64,000 nt of DNA from a candidate division FCPU426 bacterium (GCA_963830915.1 CAWHOE010000057.1:32001-96000); one strand, 5' to 3'; shown: positions 10,417 to 21,698, counted from the stretch's first letter. The notes: generated from the letters alone by a model not told the origin. Program-made: numbers and translations.

Positions 10417-11639
10417 TGCGGTATTCAGTAATTGCGTTTACAGCTGATCCCTCGGTCGAGATGTTGAATTAGGCGACGGTCACCTCCTCTGCAGGCTGCG
10501 GAACATACTTTCCACAAAGTTCTTTACCCGCTTCAAAGGTCTCCATCGGCGTTTTCCCTTGGCAGTTCTTGCCTTGGTTCGTCCGTTGGGTATTGTACCA
10601 GACCATGAATTCGTCAAGATCCACCTGAATTTCCTCAAGGCTGGCGTACAGTTTTTTACGGAAAGATACCGAGTAAAACTCCTCCTGAATGATCTGGTTC
10701 AATCGCTCCACGCACCCGTTGGTTTGTGGATGCCGTACCTTCGTAGTGGAGTGCTCGATCCCATTTAAATGCAGGAAAAGTTGATAGGGATGGTTATCCG
10801 CCAGCCCGTTATATTCTGTCCCGCGATCCGTTAGTACCCTCAAAACACCCACCCAATGTTCATCGAAGAAGGGCAACACCTTGTCGTTCATGAAGTCGGC
10901 CGCCACTAAAGCCGTCTTCTCAGCGTAAACCTTGGCAAACCCAATGTTGGAATAAGTATCGATACCGGTCTGCTGGTAAATACGTCCGACGCCTTTTATG
11001 GTTCCGATGTAACAGGTGTCTTGGGATACCAAGAACCCTGGGTGAAAAGTCTCGATTTCGCCATGGGCTTCCTGGGCCTCTTTGACCTTCTCCAGAGCTA
11101 CGACCTGGGATTCGGTCAAAATGGCTGTATTCTCCGCCGCCCACTTCTCTAACCGCTTCAGGCGTTTGGCCTTTACTTCCAGGTCATGGCGTAACCAGAC
11201 AGTCCTCACCCCACCGGCTGAAATAATATGACCTGCTTTTTTCAGCTCATTGGAGACCCGAACAGGCCCTTGGACTGGGTATTGGAGGGAATATTCCAAT
11301 ACAGCCTCTTCGATTTCAGGGGCCACTCGATTACGTATACGAGCCACTTTTCGAGACTTTTCCAAAAGCCCCTGAACCCCTTCTTCCTCAACGGCTTTTC
11401 GGATGTCGTAGTAATGTTGCCGGGAAATCCCAAGTTTTCTGCAGGCTTCGCTGATGTTTCCCAGTTGGTTTCCCAAATCTAGGATGTTCAGCTTTCTCTT
11501 GATAAGATACTGGTCACGAGTCATGGTGTTCTCCTTTGGTTATGATGAATTTCCTCGCAGAAACCATCTTAACCGAGAGACCATGGCTCGTCTTGTTTAG
11601 GCGGGCCTCATACTGTCAACGCTTTTACTGAATAGGGCA
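10417..11639 (-). mobile_element. IS481-family insertion sequence, copy 1 (intact)
   Basis: Imperfect IRs TGCGGTATTCAGTAATTGCGTTTACAG / rc TGCCCTATTCAGTAAAAGCGTTGACAG; 7-bp target duplication GTTTATA (10410-10416, 11640-11646). Confidence 0.9.
10469..11524 (-). CDS. IS481-family DDE transposase
   Basis: N-terminal HTH (NISEACRKLGISRQHYY); integrase core QDT...TDRGTEY...PQTNGCVER. Confidence 0.92.
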   Translation of the reverse strand: MTRDQYLIKRKLNILDLGNQLGNISEACRKLGISRQHYYDIRKAVEEEGVQGLLEKSRKVARIRNRVAPEIEEAVLEYSLQYPVQGPVRVSNELKKAGHIISAGGVRTVWLRHDLEVKAKRLKRLEKWAAENTAILTESQVVALEKVKEAQEAHGEIETFHPGFLVSQDTCYIGTIKGVGRIYQQTGIDTYSNIGFAKVYAEKTALVAADFMNDKVLPFFDEHWVGVLRVLTDRGTEYNGLADNHPYQLFLHLNGIEHSTTKVRHPQTNGCVERLNQIIQEEFYSVSFRKKLYASLEEIQVDLDEFMVWYNTQRTNQGKNCQGKTPMETFEAGKELCGKYVPQPAEEVTVA

Positions 11640-11693
11640 GTTTATAATGCTAAGTAAGTTGCTTATCGAAGTATGGATAAATCGAGGTGAGTA

Positions 11694-12374
11694 ATGAAAA
11701 GATATATAGCGATATTGGTTTTTACACTTCTTTTCAATCCAACGATTTTAAGAGCGGACACAACAAATAATTCTAATAATCCAGTAGGAGTTGGGGCAGC
11801 TTCTTTTCTAAATTCACTGTCTAATCAACTGCAAAATAAGCAGGATAGCCGAGACAACAAAACCGAAAACACTACTAATCAAAATCAAGGTGTAGATTCT
11901 CCAAGCTCAACATCAAATAACCCTCAAAATTCACAGACAACACTTACTTCTACTAACTCGTCAGATGTTCTGGCGGGGGCACCAAATATTCCAGATGAGA
12001 CAAAACCTGTTATTAAAAAACATGGTCATTCAAATAAAACATTTAAAATATATTTATCGGTAAGTGGAGATGAAGTTTACAAAGATATTTTTACATCTAG
12101 TTTGAGATTAGGTTTACGTCAATATGATGATGTGGTTTTTGTTAACAGCCCAGAAAAAGCATTTCTCATAGTAACAATTTCAGTATTGGCGGATAAAACT
12201 GTTGGTGGAGTATTAAGAGGATTTGATGTTGCTATGGCTGTTAACACTTTGTGTCAAAATCCAGATTTATATCAGCTCTCTGGCCCGGATAATTTAGAGG
12301 AAATAGCAAAAAGAACTGTTGCAGATATAAATGAAAATGTTTTAGAACCTTTGAGAGAAGCGGTCGTTAAGTGA
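11694..12374 (+). CDS. Secreted hypothetical protein
   Basis: Signal peptide, N/S-rich linker, GAGGTG RBS, AT-rich. Confidence 0.7.
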   Translation: MKRYIAILVFTLLFNPTILRADTTNNSNNPVGVGAASFLNSLSNQLQNKQDSRDNKTENTTNQNQGVDSPSSTSNNPQNSQTTLTSTNSSDVLAGAPNIPDETKPVIKKHGHSNKTFKIYLSVSGDEVYKDIFTSSLRLGLRQYDDVVFVNSPEKAFLIVTISVLADKTVGGVLRGFDVAMAVNTLCQNPDLYQLSGPDNLEEIAKRTVADINENVLEPLREAVVK

Positions 12375-12701
12375 TATGTCGTAATTGGTACGATAAAGGG
12401 ACTAAACTTAATAAAAGCCAAAACAGGAAGGTTTAATGGACGAACAATTATGAATATCCCGTCGGTTTATAATGTGATCCAACAATTAATTGTTATGGTT
12501 GATAAAATTAAAAGGAAATCTAAACAACTGTATGAAAAACATTAAATGATGGATACCTTCATACTTTGGTTAGTAACTAACATTGAAGATAGAAATGTTA
12601 TTGTGCCTTTTTTGATGGGTTTGGTTTTAGTTATTTTCAATAAAAGGGTTTCCGAATCTACATATAATTTTTATTCCTTATTTGGAGCTGAAAAATTCAT
12701 T

Positions 12702-13923
12702 TGCGGTATTCAGTAATTGCGTTTACAGCTGATCCCTCGGTCGAGATGTTGAATTAGGCGACGGTCACCTCCTCTGCAGGCTGCGGAACATACTTTCCAC
12801 AAAGTTCTTTACCCGCTTCAAAGGTCTCCATCGGCGTTTTCCCTTGGCAGTTCTTGCCTTGGTTCGTCCGTTGGGTATTGTACCAGACCATGAATTCGTC
12901 AAGATCCACCTGAATTTCCTCAAGGCTGGCGTACAGTTTTTTACGGAAAGATACCGAGTAAAACTCCTCCTGAATGATCTGGTTCAATCGCTCCACGCAC
13001 CCGTTGGTTTGTGGATGCCGTACCTTCGTAGTGGAGTGCTCGATCCCATTTAAATGCAGGAAAAGTTGATAGGGATGGTTATCCGCCAGCCCGTTATATT
13101 CTGTCCCGCGATCCGTTAGTACCCTCAAAACACCCACCCAATGTTCATCGAAGAAGGGCAACACCTTGTCGTTCATGAAGTCGGCCGCCACTAAAGCCGT
13201 TTCTCAGCGTAAACCTTGGCAAACCCAATGTTGGAATAAGTATCGATACCGGTCTGCTGGTAAATACGTCCGACGCCTTTTATGGTTCCGATGTAACAGG
13301 TGTCTTGGGATACCAAGAACCCTGGGTGAAAAGTCTCGATTTCGCCATGGGCTTCCTGGGCCTCTTTGACCTTCTCCAGAGCTACGACCTGGGATTCGGT
13401 CAAAATGGCTGTATTCTCCGCCGCCCACTTCTCTAACCGCTTCAGGCGTTTGGCCTTTACTTCCAGGTCATGGCGTAACCAGACAGTCCTCACCCCACCG
13501 GCTGAAATAATATGACCTGCTTTTTTCAGCTCATTGGAGACCCGAACAGGCCCTTGGACTGGGTATTGGAGGGAATATTCCAATACAGCCTCTTCGATTT
13601 CAGGGGCCACTCGATTACGTATACGAGCCACTTTTCGAGACTTTTCCAAAAGCCCCTGAACCCCTTCTTCCTCAACGGCTTTTCGGATGTCGTAGTAATG
13701 TTGCCGGGAAATCCCAAGTTTTCTGCAGGCTTCGCTGATGTTTCCCAGTTGGTTTCCCAAATCTAGGATGTTCAGCTTTCTCTTGATAAGATACTGGTCA
13801 CGAGTCATGGTGTTCTCCTTTGGTTATGATGAATTTCCTCGCAGAAACCATCTTAACCGAGAGACCATGGCTCGTCTTGTTTAGGCGGGCCTCATACTGT
13901 CAACGCTTTTACTGAATAGGGCA
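12702..13923 (-). mobile_element. IS481-family insertion sequence, copy 2 (1-bp deletion in transposase)
   Basis: Same sequence as copy 1 except gccgtcttct>gccgtttct near 13200; own 7-bp TSD ATTCATT (12695-12701, 13924-13930). Confidence 0.9.
12754..13808 (-). pseudogene. Frameshifted IS481 transposase
   Basis: Split into ORFs 13191-13808 and 12754-13191 that match copy 1. Confidence 0.85.
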
Positions 13924-14100
13924 ATTCATTAATGTACCCCTCTATCGAATGATGTCTGTTTTATTTGGAACTATTATTTTATGTTTATCGATTTCGAGAA
14001 TGTTCTCGCGATTTTGATCCGCTTTTTTCCACACAAAATCAAATAATTGGGTTTAAACCTCTCATTGATTAAATCCTCCCCTCAAAATATAATACTTCCC

Positions 14101-15819
14101 ATGCTCCGCCAGTTATCCATCAAAAACTTCGCCATCGTCGAATCCGTGACCCTGGAATTTGCCCAGGGTTTCAACGTCCTCACGGGCGAGACAGGCGCCG
14201 GTAAATCCCTCATCGTAGATGCCCTATATTTCCTCCTGGGTGACCGTATTTCGGCAGATATGCTCCGGGCGGGCGAGGATAGGGCGGTGGTAGAAGCCCT
14301 CTTTCAACTGCTTCCTATGAGCTCGGCGGGCCTCAAACTGGCAGAATGGGGTATCGCCTGCGACAACGGGGAAATGCTGATCAAAAGGGAATTCAGCCGG
14401 TCCTCCTCCAAGACCCGCAGTTTCGTCAATGGCGAGATGGCGACCGCTTCCATGATCTCTGAACTTGGCGACATGCTCATCGACATCCACGGCCAGCACG
14501 AACATCAAGCCATTTTCAACATTACCAAGCATCGACAACTCATTGATGCCTATGGACATCTGGATACTTACTTAAAGCCCGTTTCCGAGGCCTACAAGAC
14601 CCTATCAGGCCTCTTGGATGAGCAATCCAGGTTGGGTGGCGATTCTCGCGAGATAGCCCGCCGGACCGACCTTTTGAAGTTCCAGGCCGATGAGATAGCC
14701 GCCGCCCGTCTAACCGAGCTGAACGAGGAAGAATTGCTCAAGAAGTACCAAATGATGAAGCAAGCCGAGAAAATCACCAAGCTCCTCACCGAGGCCCAGC
14801 AGGCCTTGGATGAGGATGGCGATGGCGGGGCCACCGGCTTGTTTGGTCATGTCATTGGCCGATTACAGGACGCATCCAGGCTCGATCAAGAACTGGAAAA
14901 TATGATAGATACGGGCAAGGCCCTCCAGGAAAGCTTGAACCAGCTATCATTCGACCTGGCCCGCAAGATCGAGAGCTATTCCTTTACCGAAGCCGAGTTC
15001 GAGGACCTTTCTGACAAGATAGACGGCCTCAACACACTCAAAAAGAAGTATGGCGAATCGGTAGCCGAGATCATCAAGTACCACGACAACATCACCGAAG
15101 AACTGAAGGTACTTTTGGGCCGGGAAGGCCGGTTGGAGACCTTAGGTAAAGAGATAGAGAAGGCGGCTGATGAATACCAATCCGCGGCAAAACAACTGAC
15201 CCAACAGAGGGTCAAGGTGGGCACCGATCTGGCTAAAAAAGTACAAGAGGCCCTTAAAGAATTAGGTTTACCGCACGCCAAGATGTCCGTACAGGTCAAC
15301 CCAATTGAGGATGCCTCCAGCCCCGCCAAAGACAAGGGCAAGTCTCTCTCCTTATCCGCTACTGGTTGGGACCGGGTCGAGTTTCTTTTTTCCGCCAACC
15401 CCGGTGAACCCCTTCGACCCTTAGCAAAAGTCGCTTCGGGCGGTGAAGCATCACGGGTCATGCTGGCCTTGAAAACCATTTTGGCTGGTAGCGACGACGT
15501 ACCGACCTTGATTTTCGATGAGATCGACACTGGCGTTGGAGCCAGGACCGCTTCTGCGGTCGCGGAACTGTTAGAACGGTTGGCTACTTCCAAACAGATA
15601 CTATGTATCTCTCATCTTGCGCCCATCGCTGTTTTGGGCGAATGTCATTACCAAGTGACCAAAACCTTTAAAGAAGGCAAAACTAGTATCAATGTTCAGC
15701 GTTTAACGGAGCAAAACCGCATCGAGGAATTGGCGAAAATGCTGGGAGGGGAACCGGTTTCCGAAACTTCCCGTTCCCACGCCAAAGAATTATTTACAAA
15801 AATTAGGCTGGCAAGGTAA
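14101..15819 (+). CDS. recN: DNA repair protein RecN
   Basis: MLRQLSIKNFAIV, Walker A TGETGAGKS, IHGQHEHQ, ASGGE.SR, FDEIDTG, ISHL. Confidence 0.95.
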   Translation: MLRQLSIKNFAIVESVTLEFAQGFNVLTGETGAGKSLIVDALYFLLGDRISADMLRAGEDRAVVEALFQLLPMSSAGLKLAEWGIACDNGEMLIKREFSRSSSKTRSFVNGEMATASMISELGDMLIDIHGQHEHQAIFNITKHRQLIDAYGHLDTYLKPVSEAYKTLSGLLDEQSRLGGDSREIARRTDLLKFQADEIAAARLTELNEEELLKKYQMMKQAEKITKLLTEAQQALDEDGDGGATGLFGHVIGRLQDASRLDQELENMIDTGKALQESLNQLSFDLARKIESYSFTEAEFEDLSDKIDGLNTLKKKYGESVAEIIKYHDNITEELKVLLGREGRLETLGKEIEKAADEYQSAAKQLTQQRVKVGTDLAKKVQEALKELGLPHAKMSVQVNPIEDASSPAKDKGKSLSLSATGWDRVEFLFSANPGEPLRPLAKVASGGEASRVMLALKTILAGSDDVPTLIFDEIDTGVGARTASAVAELLERLATSKQILCISHLAPIAVLGECHYQVTKTFKEGKTSINVQRLTEQNRIEELAKMLGGEPVSETSRSHAKELFTKIRLAR

Positions 15820-15873
15820 GCTACGTTTCATTGTTGGCAAGAAAACAAGTCAAAAATCACCGGAGGATCATCT

Positions 15874-16722
15874 ATGAAGGTCTGGAATAAGGTTGTTTTG
15901 ATGGGTTTGGCTTTGACCCTAGCCCTGAGCCTGGGGGTAGCGAATGCTAAGGACGCGAAGAAAGGTAAGAAAAAGGCCTCAGAGAAGAAAATCGTAAAGA
16001 AAGATGAATCTAAGCCTAAAGTGGCTTATGTTTCCGGAACTAACCTCTCCAGCCGGGCAGGGTTATTCTTCGGGGATACTTCCGAAGTTGCCAAGGTTGG
16101 GAAATGGGAAGGTTCTGCGGATATTACTTATTACTCTCCGACAGCAAATTGGAGTAACGTAGCTATTCCTTTTGGTTTCCATTTTGGCGCAGCTGAAAAT
16201 GTTGATGTATCTGTCGGAGCACAATTATGGTCGCTCAGCAGTCCAACATATGTAGTGGATGTTCCATATATTGGAAATGTAACTCGTGGCGGCTCTTCTA
16301 CCCTCTTCGATCTCATGGGTGGCGCCAAATATCGCATCGCTGGCAACAGGGAAACTCCTGATTTCAGCGTAGGCGGTTATTTATCTATACCGACAAACGG
16401 AGGAAATGTTGTTTTTACACCCGAAGGGACAGTAACTTATATCTTAACAAGTGGTTTGCTTTTAAATGGCGACATGGGAATTCACATTTCAAATGGTACA
16501 TTTGTTTCGTGTGATGCCGGTGTTGGTTACCCATTCAGCGATAAATTGACTGGAATTGCAGAAATTGGGGCTAATCAATATTCATATCAGGTAGGTGGAT
16601 CTTTTCTCGGCGCTGGGATAAGGGCAAAATTAGATACGGTTAAACTTCAAGCTTTATTAGGTGTCCCTCTTAATGGTGGCGGTGTTCTCATCGGTGGAGG
16701 AATCATCCTCGCTTCGATGTAA
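15874..16722 (+). CDS. Secreted, probable outer-membrane beta-barrel protein
   Basis: GGAGG RBS, signal peptide, alternating beta-strand pattern. Confidence 0.6.
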   Translation: MKVWNKVVLMGLALTLALSLGVANAKDAKKGKKKASEKKIVKKDESKPKVAYVSGTNLSSRAGLFFGDTSEVAKVGKWEGSADITYYSPTANWSNVAIPFGFHFGAAENVDVSVGAQLWSLSSPTYVVDVPYIGNVTRGGSSTLFDLMGGAKYRIAGNRETPDFSVGGYLSIPTNGGNVVFTPEGTVTYILTSGLLLNGDMGIHISNGTFVSCDAGVGYPFSDKLTGIAEIGANQYSYQVGGSFLGAGIRAKLDTVKLQALLGVPLNGGGVLIGGGIILASM

Positions 16723-16738
16723 TTCAGTTAAACATTCT

Positions 16739-16777
16739 AAAAAAGCTGGTTCCTTGCGAAAGGGGCCAGCTTTTTTT
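16739..16777 (+). terminator. Intrinsic terminator, possibly bidirectional
   Basis: aaaaaaGCTGGTTCCTT-gcga-AAGGGGCCAGC-ttttttt. Confidence 0.8.
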
Positions 16778-16975
16778 ATTTAACTTTAAATTTATTTAAA
16801 ACGATTAAGCCACAGAAACTACCAGCTCAAACCACGCAATTTTATAAAAAAAATAAAATCTCGAATCGTTTTCATGTCGAGTAAAAGCTTAAAGCTTTTT
16901 TCTCAAAAATATTTTTTGTTGCATTTACTAATTTTTTATTTATATTTCGAAAAAATATTTTAGTTAGGACCTCAT

Positions 16976-18016
16976 ATGAATACAAAATGTCTGCTCTTTG
17001 TTTTATTGTCTGTGGTTTTCAGTCAAGGATGCAACAAGTCAAGCCAACCATTTTCGGCCAATGCCATCCAACCGACTCAGGGGACAATAAAGATTAATGT
17101 TTGGGATAATTTAACGCCGGTCCCCAATATCACCGTGAAAGCATCCGACCCAACCGGGAATGATTTTTCGGCGATCACCGATTCCACTGGAGTCGCGGTT
17201 TTGAATCCGACGCCGTTTAAAAATGGAAATTGGTTCTTGCAGGTGCCTAAACAAGGCAAGTACTACAATAGCTCGATGTTTTACAATTTCACAGGCGTCA
17301 GTCCGTCTACCTCCGTAACATTTCAAGCTCTCAATCCAATATTGACTTTAAAAAACATCAATAACACCTACCCATACGGAAGTGGTTCGGTTACATACAG
17401 TGTTGGTTATCAACCGGGAGGCAATCTTAATGTTGCGGTAACCACCCAAGTAACCAATATGCCAACGACTGCCTGGACCACACAATTTTTCCCGCCGCTG
17501 TTAGGCGACCCGAGTGGGAACACAACTTCACAACTGATCATCACTGTACCAAACTGTTCTTATCAACAGCCATCATTTCAAGTTAAGGCATCTGATAATG
17601 GATGGATTTCAAATTCATCTTCTGTCACTACTTCCATTAATAGGTCATATGAAATTAATGCAAGGTTGGATGTAACTAATAAAGAAGAAATTCCACCACC
17701 GTACGGCGGTTATTTATACACGACATTTTGGACTGTAATTTTTACAACACAAAATGACTGTAGTACTCCGTGGGACATTACGATTTGGCCTAACAATGCA
17801 ACTGTTAATGTTTGGCAATTAAGTGGTACTTCTTTTAACTCTGGTCAGATATCTGGATACACGAGTTATACGTGTCATGGATTAAAATCAGGTGCATCTT
17901 TCACATTAATGTATGAATGGCCATCTGGTGGCGGTGCAGTCTTTAATTCCTCCGTAAGTTCTCCCATCGGCTCCGGAAGTAATTCTGGAACTGTCAACGC
18001 CAGTTGGAATTTTTGA
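16976..18016 (+). CDS. Lipoprotein with Ig-like/beta-rich domains
   Basis: Lipobox-like SQGC; Ser/Thr/Asn-rich beta composition. Confidence 0.6.
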   Translation: MNTKCLLFVLLSVVFSQGCNKSSQPFSANAIQPTQGTIKINVWDNLTPVPNITVKASDPTGNDFSAITDSTGVAVLNPTPFKNGNWFLQVPKQGKYYNSSMFYNFTGVSPSTSVTFQALNPILTLKNINNTYPYGSGSVTYSVGYQPGGNLNVAVTTQVTNMPTTAWTTQFFPPLLGDPSGNTTSQLIITVPNCSYQQPSFQVKASDNGWISNSSSVTTSINRSYEINARLDVTNKEEIPPPYGGYLYTTFWTVIFTTQNDCSTPWDITIWPNNATVNVWQLSGTSFNSGQISGYTSYTCHGLKSGASFTLMYEWPSGGGAVFNSSVSSPIGSGSNSGTVNASWNF

Positions 18017-18018
18017 CC

Positions 18019-19248
18019 ATGAAAATATCCAACACTCTCAGCCTTCTATTGATACTCTCGGCAATATCCTCTCTCTCTTGCCAATCCAAAACCGCCAATC
18101 CCACCGCCCCCGCTGGCGACTTCACATCCTTACCTCTCTTCCTAAACCAATGGTGCGGCAATGGGGCCAGCAATGGCCAATTCAGCCAATTGGAAGGGAT
18201 CACTTCAGATTCAGTGGGGAATATTTACGCTTGCGATGCTGGTAACAGCCGCATCGAAAAGTTCGACCCGACCGGTAAATTATTGTCGCAATGGGGAAGC
18301 CCCGGCTCCATCGTTGGGGCGTTCAATAACCCAACCGGGATCGCCGTAACTGGTAACGATGTTTATATCACCGATAGCGGGAATAACCGCGTCCAAGAAT
18401 TCGACACATCCGGGAACTATATCACCGGGTGGGGAAGTACAGGCGCCGGCGTCAGCATGTTCAACAACCCTCAGGGAATCGCCGTTGACCAATACAGCGA
18501 TGTTTATGTGGTGGACCAGGGTAATGACCGTATACAAAAATTCTTCGCCGGCGGGGCCGCGCCCCTGACTTGGGGTAGTGCCGGAAGCGGTCCGGCCAGT
18601 TTCAATTCTCCCACCGGTATCGCGCTGGATAACTCGGGTAATGTCTATGTCACGGATACCTTGAACAACCGTGTTCAACGCTTCACGCCCACCGGTACCT
18701 ATCAAAACACCTGGGGCGCTTACGGTACCAATCCGGCGCAGTTTCGATCCCCAGAGGGGATCACTTTCGACGCCAGCGGCAACATTTACGTGGCCGATTC
18801 CGCCAATGGACGTATCCAAAAATTCGATGCCAGCTTCAATTACCTGTCCCAATGGGGAGGCCTGGGTAGCAACATCGGCCAATTCCAGGTACCTTTCTCG
18901 ATCGCCATCACTTCTTCCCCCACTTATTTCTATATCGCGGATATAGGCACCAATTGCGTCAAGAGGTTCGGCCCGCCAGCGGAATACTCGATATTCCCCA
19001 ATCCCGTGATGCCCGGTGAGAACCTTACGATCTCGTTCAATTCCGCCTATTACATCGGCTATTTGATCCAAATAACCGACATGAACGGAACGGTTGTTTT
19101 TAACGATCTGGGGCAGGCGGTCGCGGGGAATAACGCGGTGCAGTGGAACGTCATGTCAGGCGGAGCAAGGGTACAAACAGGTGTTTACCTGCTCAACTTC
19201 ACTTTGGGCCATACGCAAGTGAGTGAAAAGATATCGGTCGTTAATTGA
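18019..19248 (+). CDS. NHL-repeat lipoprotein with C-terminal T9SS-CTD/FlgD-like domain
   Basis: LSC lipobox; repeats F..P.GIA.D..GNVYV.D..N.RVQ.F; IFPNP...TGVYLL...KISVVN tail. Confidence 0.85.
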   Translation: MKISNTLSLLLILSAISSLSCQSKTANPTAPAGDFTSLPLFLNQWCGNGASNGQFSQLEGITSDSVGNIYACDAGNSRIEKFDPTGKLLSQWGSPGSIVGAFNNPTGIAVTGNDVYITDSGNNRVQEFDTSGNYITGWGSTGAGVSMFNNPQGIAVDQYSDVYVVDQGNDRIQKFFAGGAAPLTWGSAGSGPASFNSPTGIALDNSGNVYVTDTLNNRVQRFTPTGTYQNTWGAYGTNPAQFRSPEGITFDASGNIYVADSANGRIQKFDASFNYLSQWGGLGSNIGQFQVPFSIAITSSPTYFYIADIGTNCVKRFGPPAEYSIFPNPVMPGENLTISFNSAYYIGYLIQITDMNGTVVFNDLGQAVAGNNAVQWNVMSGGARVQTGVYLLNFTLGHTQVSEKISVVN

Positions 19249-19280
19249 GCGCCGGATTTTTATTTAAACAGTTAGGACAT

Positions 19281-20267
19281 ATGAATATGAACCGAAAAAC
19301 ATTAGAGCATCTAATAATTCGCCAAAGAGGCACAGAGACACAGCAAAAGGCTTTTCTTTTGTTGTCTACGAAAACAAAAATACTATTTTTGGGATTACCT
19401 TTTCTTCTTTTGGCCTTTGTAAATTCCACCGTCCAGGCATCGCCCGCGTCCTATCTGGATATCGACCCTGCCGCCAGGCCAGCGGGGATGGGTTCCGCTT
19501 TCACCGGTCTGGCTGACGATGGTAACGCGGCCTTGTTCAATCCGGCGGGGTTGGCCACCATGGGCTTGAATGATTTCTTGGCCACAGGTTCGGTCGACCT
19601 TTTGAGCCTGGACCGCCTGCATAACTTCGCGAGCGTTTCCCAACAACTGCCTCCTAACAGCTATCTCGGATTCCATATCGATCAATACGGCGTGAACAAC
19701 ATCTTTGGCAGTGACACAAATGGATCATCGACCTCCAATTTGAATGATACGGAGTTGGATTGCGGGGCTTCGTATGCCATTGATCTGGGTTACCACTTCA
19801 AAGCCGGTATCAACGCCGGCTTTCTATATCAAAACCTGACCGGGACCCACGCCTATGGGTTCGATGGTGTGGATCTGGGCGTTCTGGTCGTTCCATCGAC
19901 TCTCTATGACCTGACTTTAGGGGCTTGTATCCACCATCTGGGCGGTTTTTTAGCCTGGGATACCGGGACAACCCAATACCTGAACCCCGATCTTCGGGCC
20001 GGGCTTAGTTATAAACTCTTCGACCAAACCGTGGTCGTTGCTTATGACGCTGAATCGACTTTGCAGGGCAGTTTCAAGATCATCCATCACGGCGGAGCGG
20101 AAGTTTGGTTCATCAAATATTTCGCTGTCCGCGGGGGTATCGATAATTCCAATCCAACCATGGGAGCGTCGTTTAGATATTTGAACTATGGGCTGGATTA
20201 CGCTTACGAATTCGAGTCGAACAACCTCGGGGACTCCCAAATGCTATCGTTCGATCTGATTTTTTAA
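19281..20267 (+). CDS. PorV/PorQ (UPF0164)-like outer-membrane beta-barrel
   Basis: YLDIDPAARPAGMGSAFTGLADD..A.LFNPAGLA; LDYAY; C-terminal Phe. Confidence 0.8.
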   Translation: MNMNRKTLEHLIIRQRGTETQQKAFLLLSTKTKILFLGLPFLLLAFVNSTVQASPASYLDIDPAARPAGMGSAFTGLADDGNAALFNPAGLATMGLNDFLATGSVDLLSLDRLHNFASVSQQLPPNSYLGFHIDQYGVNNIFGSDTNGSSTSNLNDTELDCGASYAIDLGYHFKAGINAGFLYQNLTGTHAYGFDGVDLGVLVVPSTLYDLTLGACIHHLGGFLAWDTGTTQYLNPDLRAGLSYKLFDQTVVVAYDAESTLQGSFKIIHHGGAEVWFIKYFAVRGGIDNSNPTMGASFRYLNYGLDYAYEFESNNLGDSQMLSFDLIF

Positions 20268-20282
20268 AAAGGGGATCGACTA

Positions 20283-21698
20283 ATGCCGAAAAATATAAAT
20301 AAACATCAAAAAGTTAACCACCAAGACACCAAAGCACCAAGAAAAAATAATTTTTTGGCCACAGAAAAACCTGAAAAAGATTTTTTTTCGTTTATCAGTA
20401 CACTTCTTTTCATTGGCATTTTCCTATTCCCGAAAGTCTCATTAAGCGCGGATCCAAACAACGGGCCAACGCCAAGCGTGACTCCGGTGGTCGATTCGGG
20501 TAAGGAAAAACGGGCCCTAGAGTTCTTAGAGAAGGGTGACGCCTATGAAAAGAAAGGATACTTAAATAAAGCCACTGAGTATTGGAAAATAGCCCTGGAG
20601 ATAGACCCCGATCTTTCGGAGGCGCGTGAAAAACTCACGCCATCCGGCCAGGAAACAGCCGTCAATGATTCGATCCACGATCTCAATAAAACCCAAGCGA
20701 TCAGTACACAAATCTCCAAAGCCCAGGACGCGTGTGAGCAAAAGAAGTACGATGTCGCGCAGGAAATACTGAAGAACCTTGAGTCGATAGCGCCTAATGA
20801 CCCTGGCGTGAAAAATCTAAGGACCGAGATCATTTTAGGCGATTTCAAGACGGACCCGGATCGGCCTTACAACCGTCTTGTTAAAAACTACTACGATAAC
20901 GCCTTGAAATATTACCGCCAAAAACACTATCCGGAATCATTGGACGCGATCGACCAGGCCCAACGCTTGGATCCGGATAATACCCAGGTGAAAAACTTGC
21001 TTGGGCTAATTCAAGACAGCAACTCGAGCCTTTTAACGGATAAAAATATCCAAGAGGCGAATAAAGAATGGAAGAACGGGGAAAGTCAAAAAGCCCTGTC
21101 GATCCTTGATAACGTATTGAAAATAAATCCCGATTCGCGCGCCGCTTTGGATCTGAAAAAACAGATCGAAGCGTCTACCGATCGACAAAACCGTGAAAGA
21201 ATCGCGAAAGGATTGGACGCGGCGAAAAAGGACGAGCAGAACAACCAATTCCTTGACGCGAAAAGTAAGTACACCGAAGTTTTAAAATTAGACCCCAAGA
21301 ATGACCAAGCCGCAAAAGGGTTGGAAAGGGTCACGGGTTATATAGACCCTGTTCAACAAAAGATCGCCAGTCTTGAAAAAGCCTTAAAAGCCAATCAGAA
21401 GGATAAAGCCAAAAAATATTACAACGAAATAAAGGAGCTTTCTCCCGACAACCCCAAACTGAGCGTTTGGAAAGCAAAAGTGGACGCTATGATCGATCCT
21501 ACCGCCGCAAAAGACACGACCGCTAAAACCGATGAAACATACAACTTGGGTTTGGATAGTTATCGGAAAGGGGATCTGGCTGACGCGAAAAAGTTCTGGG
21601 AAGAAACCCTTGAATTGGATCCTAATTATTCACAAGCTCAAAAAAACTTAGACCGTCTCTTGCAAGATCATCCCGAGCTAAAGTCCTCTTCAAATTAA
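20283..21698 (+). CDS. TPR-repeat protein, exported or membrane-anchored
   Basis: Repeated helical units ending L.LDP.N..A. Confidence 0.85.
   Translation: MPKNINKHQKVNHQDTKAPRKNNFLATEKPEKDFFSFISTLLFIGIFLFPKVSLSADPNNGPTPSVTPVVDSGKEKRALEFLEKGDAYEKKGYLNKATEYWKIALEIDPDLSEAREKLTPSGQETAVNDSIHDLNKTQAISTQISKAQDACEQKKYDVAQEILKNLESIAPNDPGVKNLRTEIILGDFKTDPDRPYNRLVKNYYDNALKYYRQKHYPESLDAIDQAQRLDPDNTQVKNLLGLIQDSNSSLLTDKNIQEANKEWKNGESQKALSILDNVLKINPDSRAALDLKKQIEASTDRQNRERIAKGLDAAKKDEQNNQFLDAKSKYTEVLKLDPKNDQAAKGLERVTGYIDPVQQKIASLEKALKANQKDKAKKYYNEIKELSPDNPKLSVWKAKVDAMIDPTAAKDTTAKTDETYNLGLDSYRKGDLADAKKFWEETLELDPNYSQAQKNLDRLLQDHPELKSSSN

Larger units (their letters stand above)
12546..14017 (+). pseudogene. 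~80-aa membrane protein gene split by IS481 copy 2
   Basis: Removing the IS and one TSD restores MMDTFILWLV...GAEKFI|NVPLYRMM...SRF*. Confidence 0.55.

Noticed and set aside
10417..13923. Composite transposon inserted as one unit
   Set aside because: Each IS has its own TSD and the outer flanks do not share a duplication
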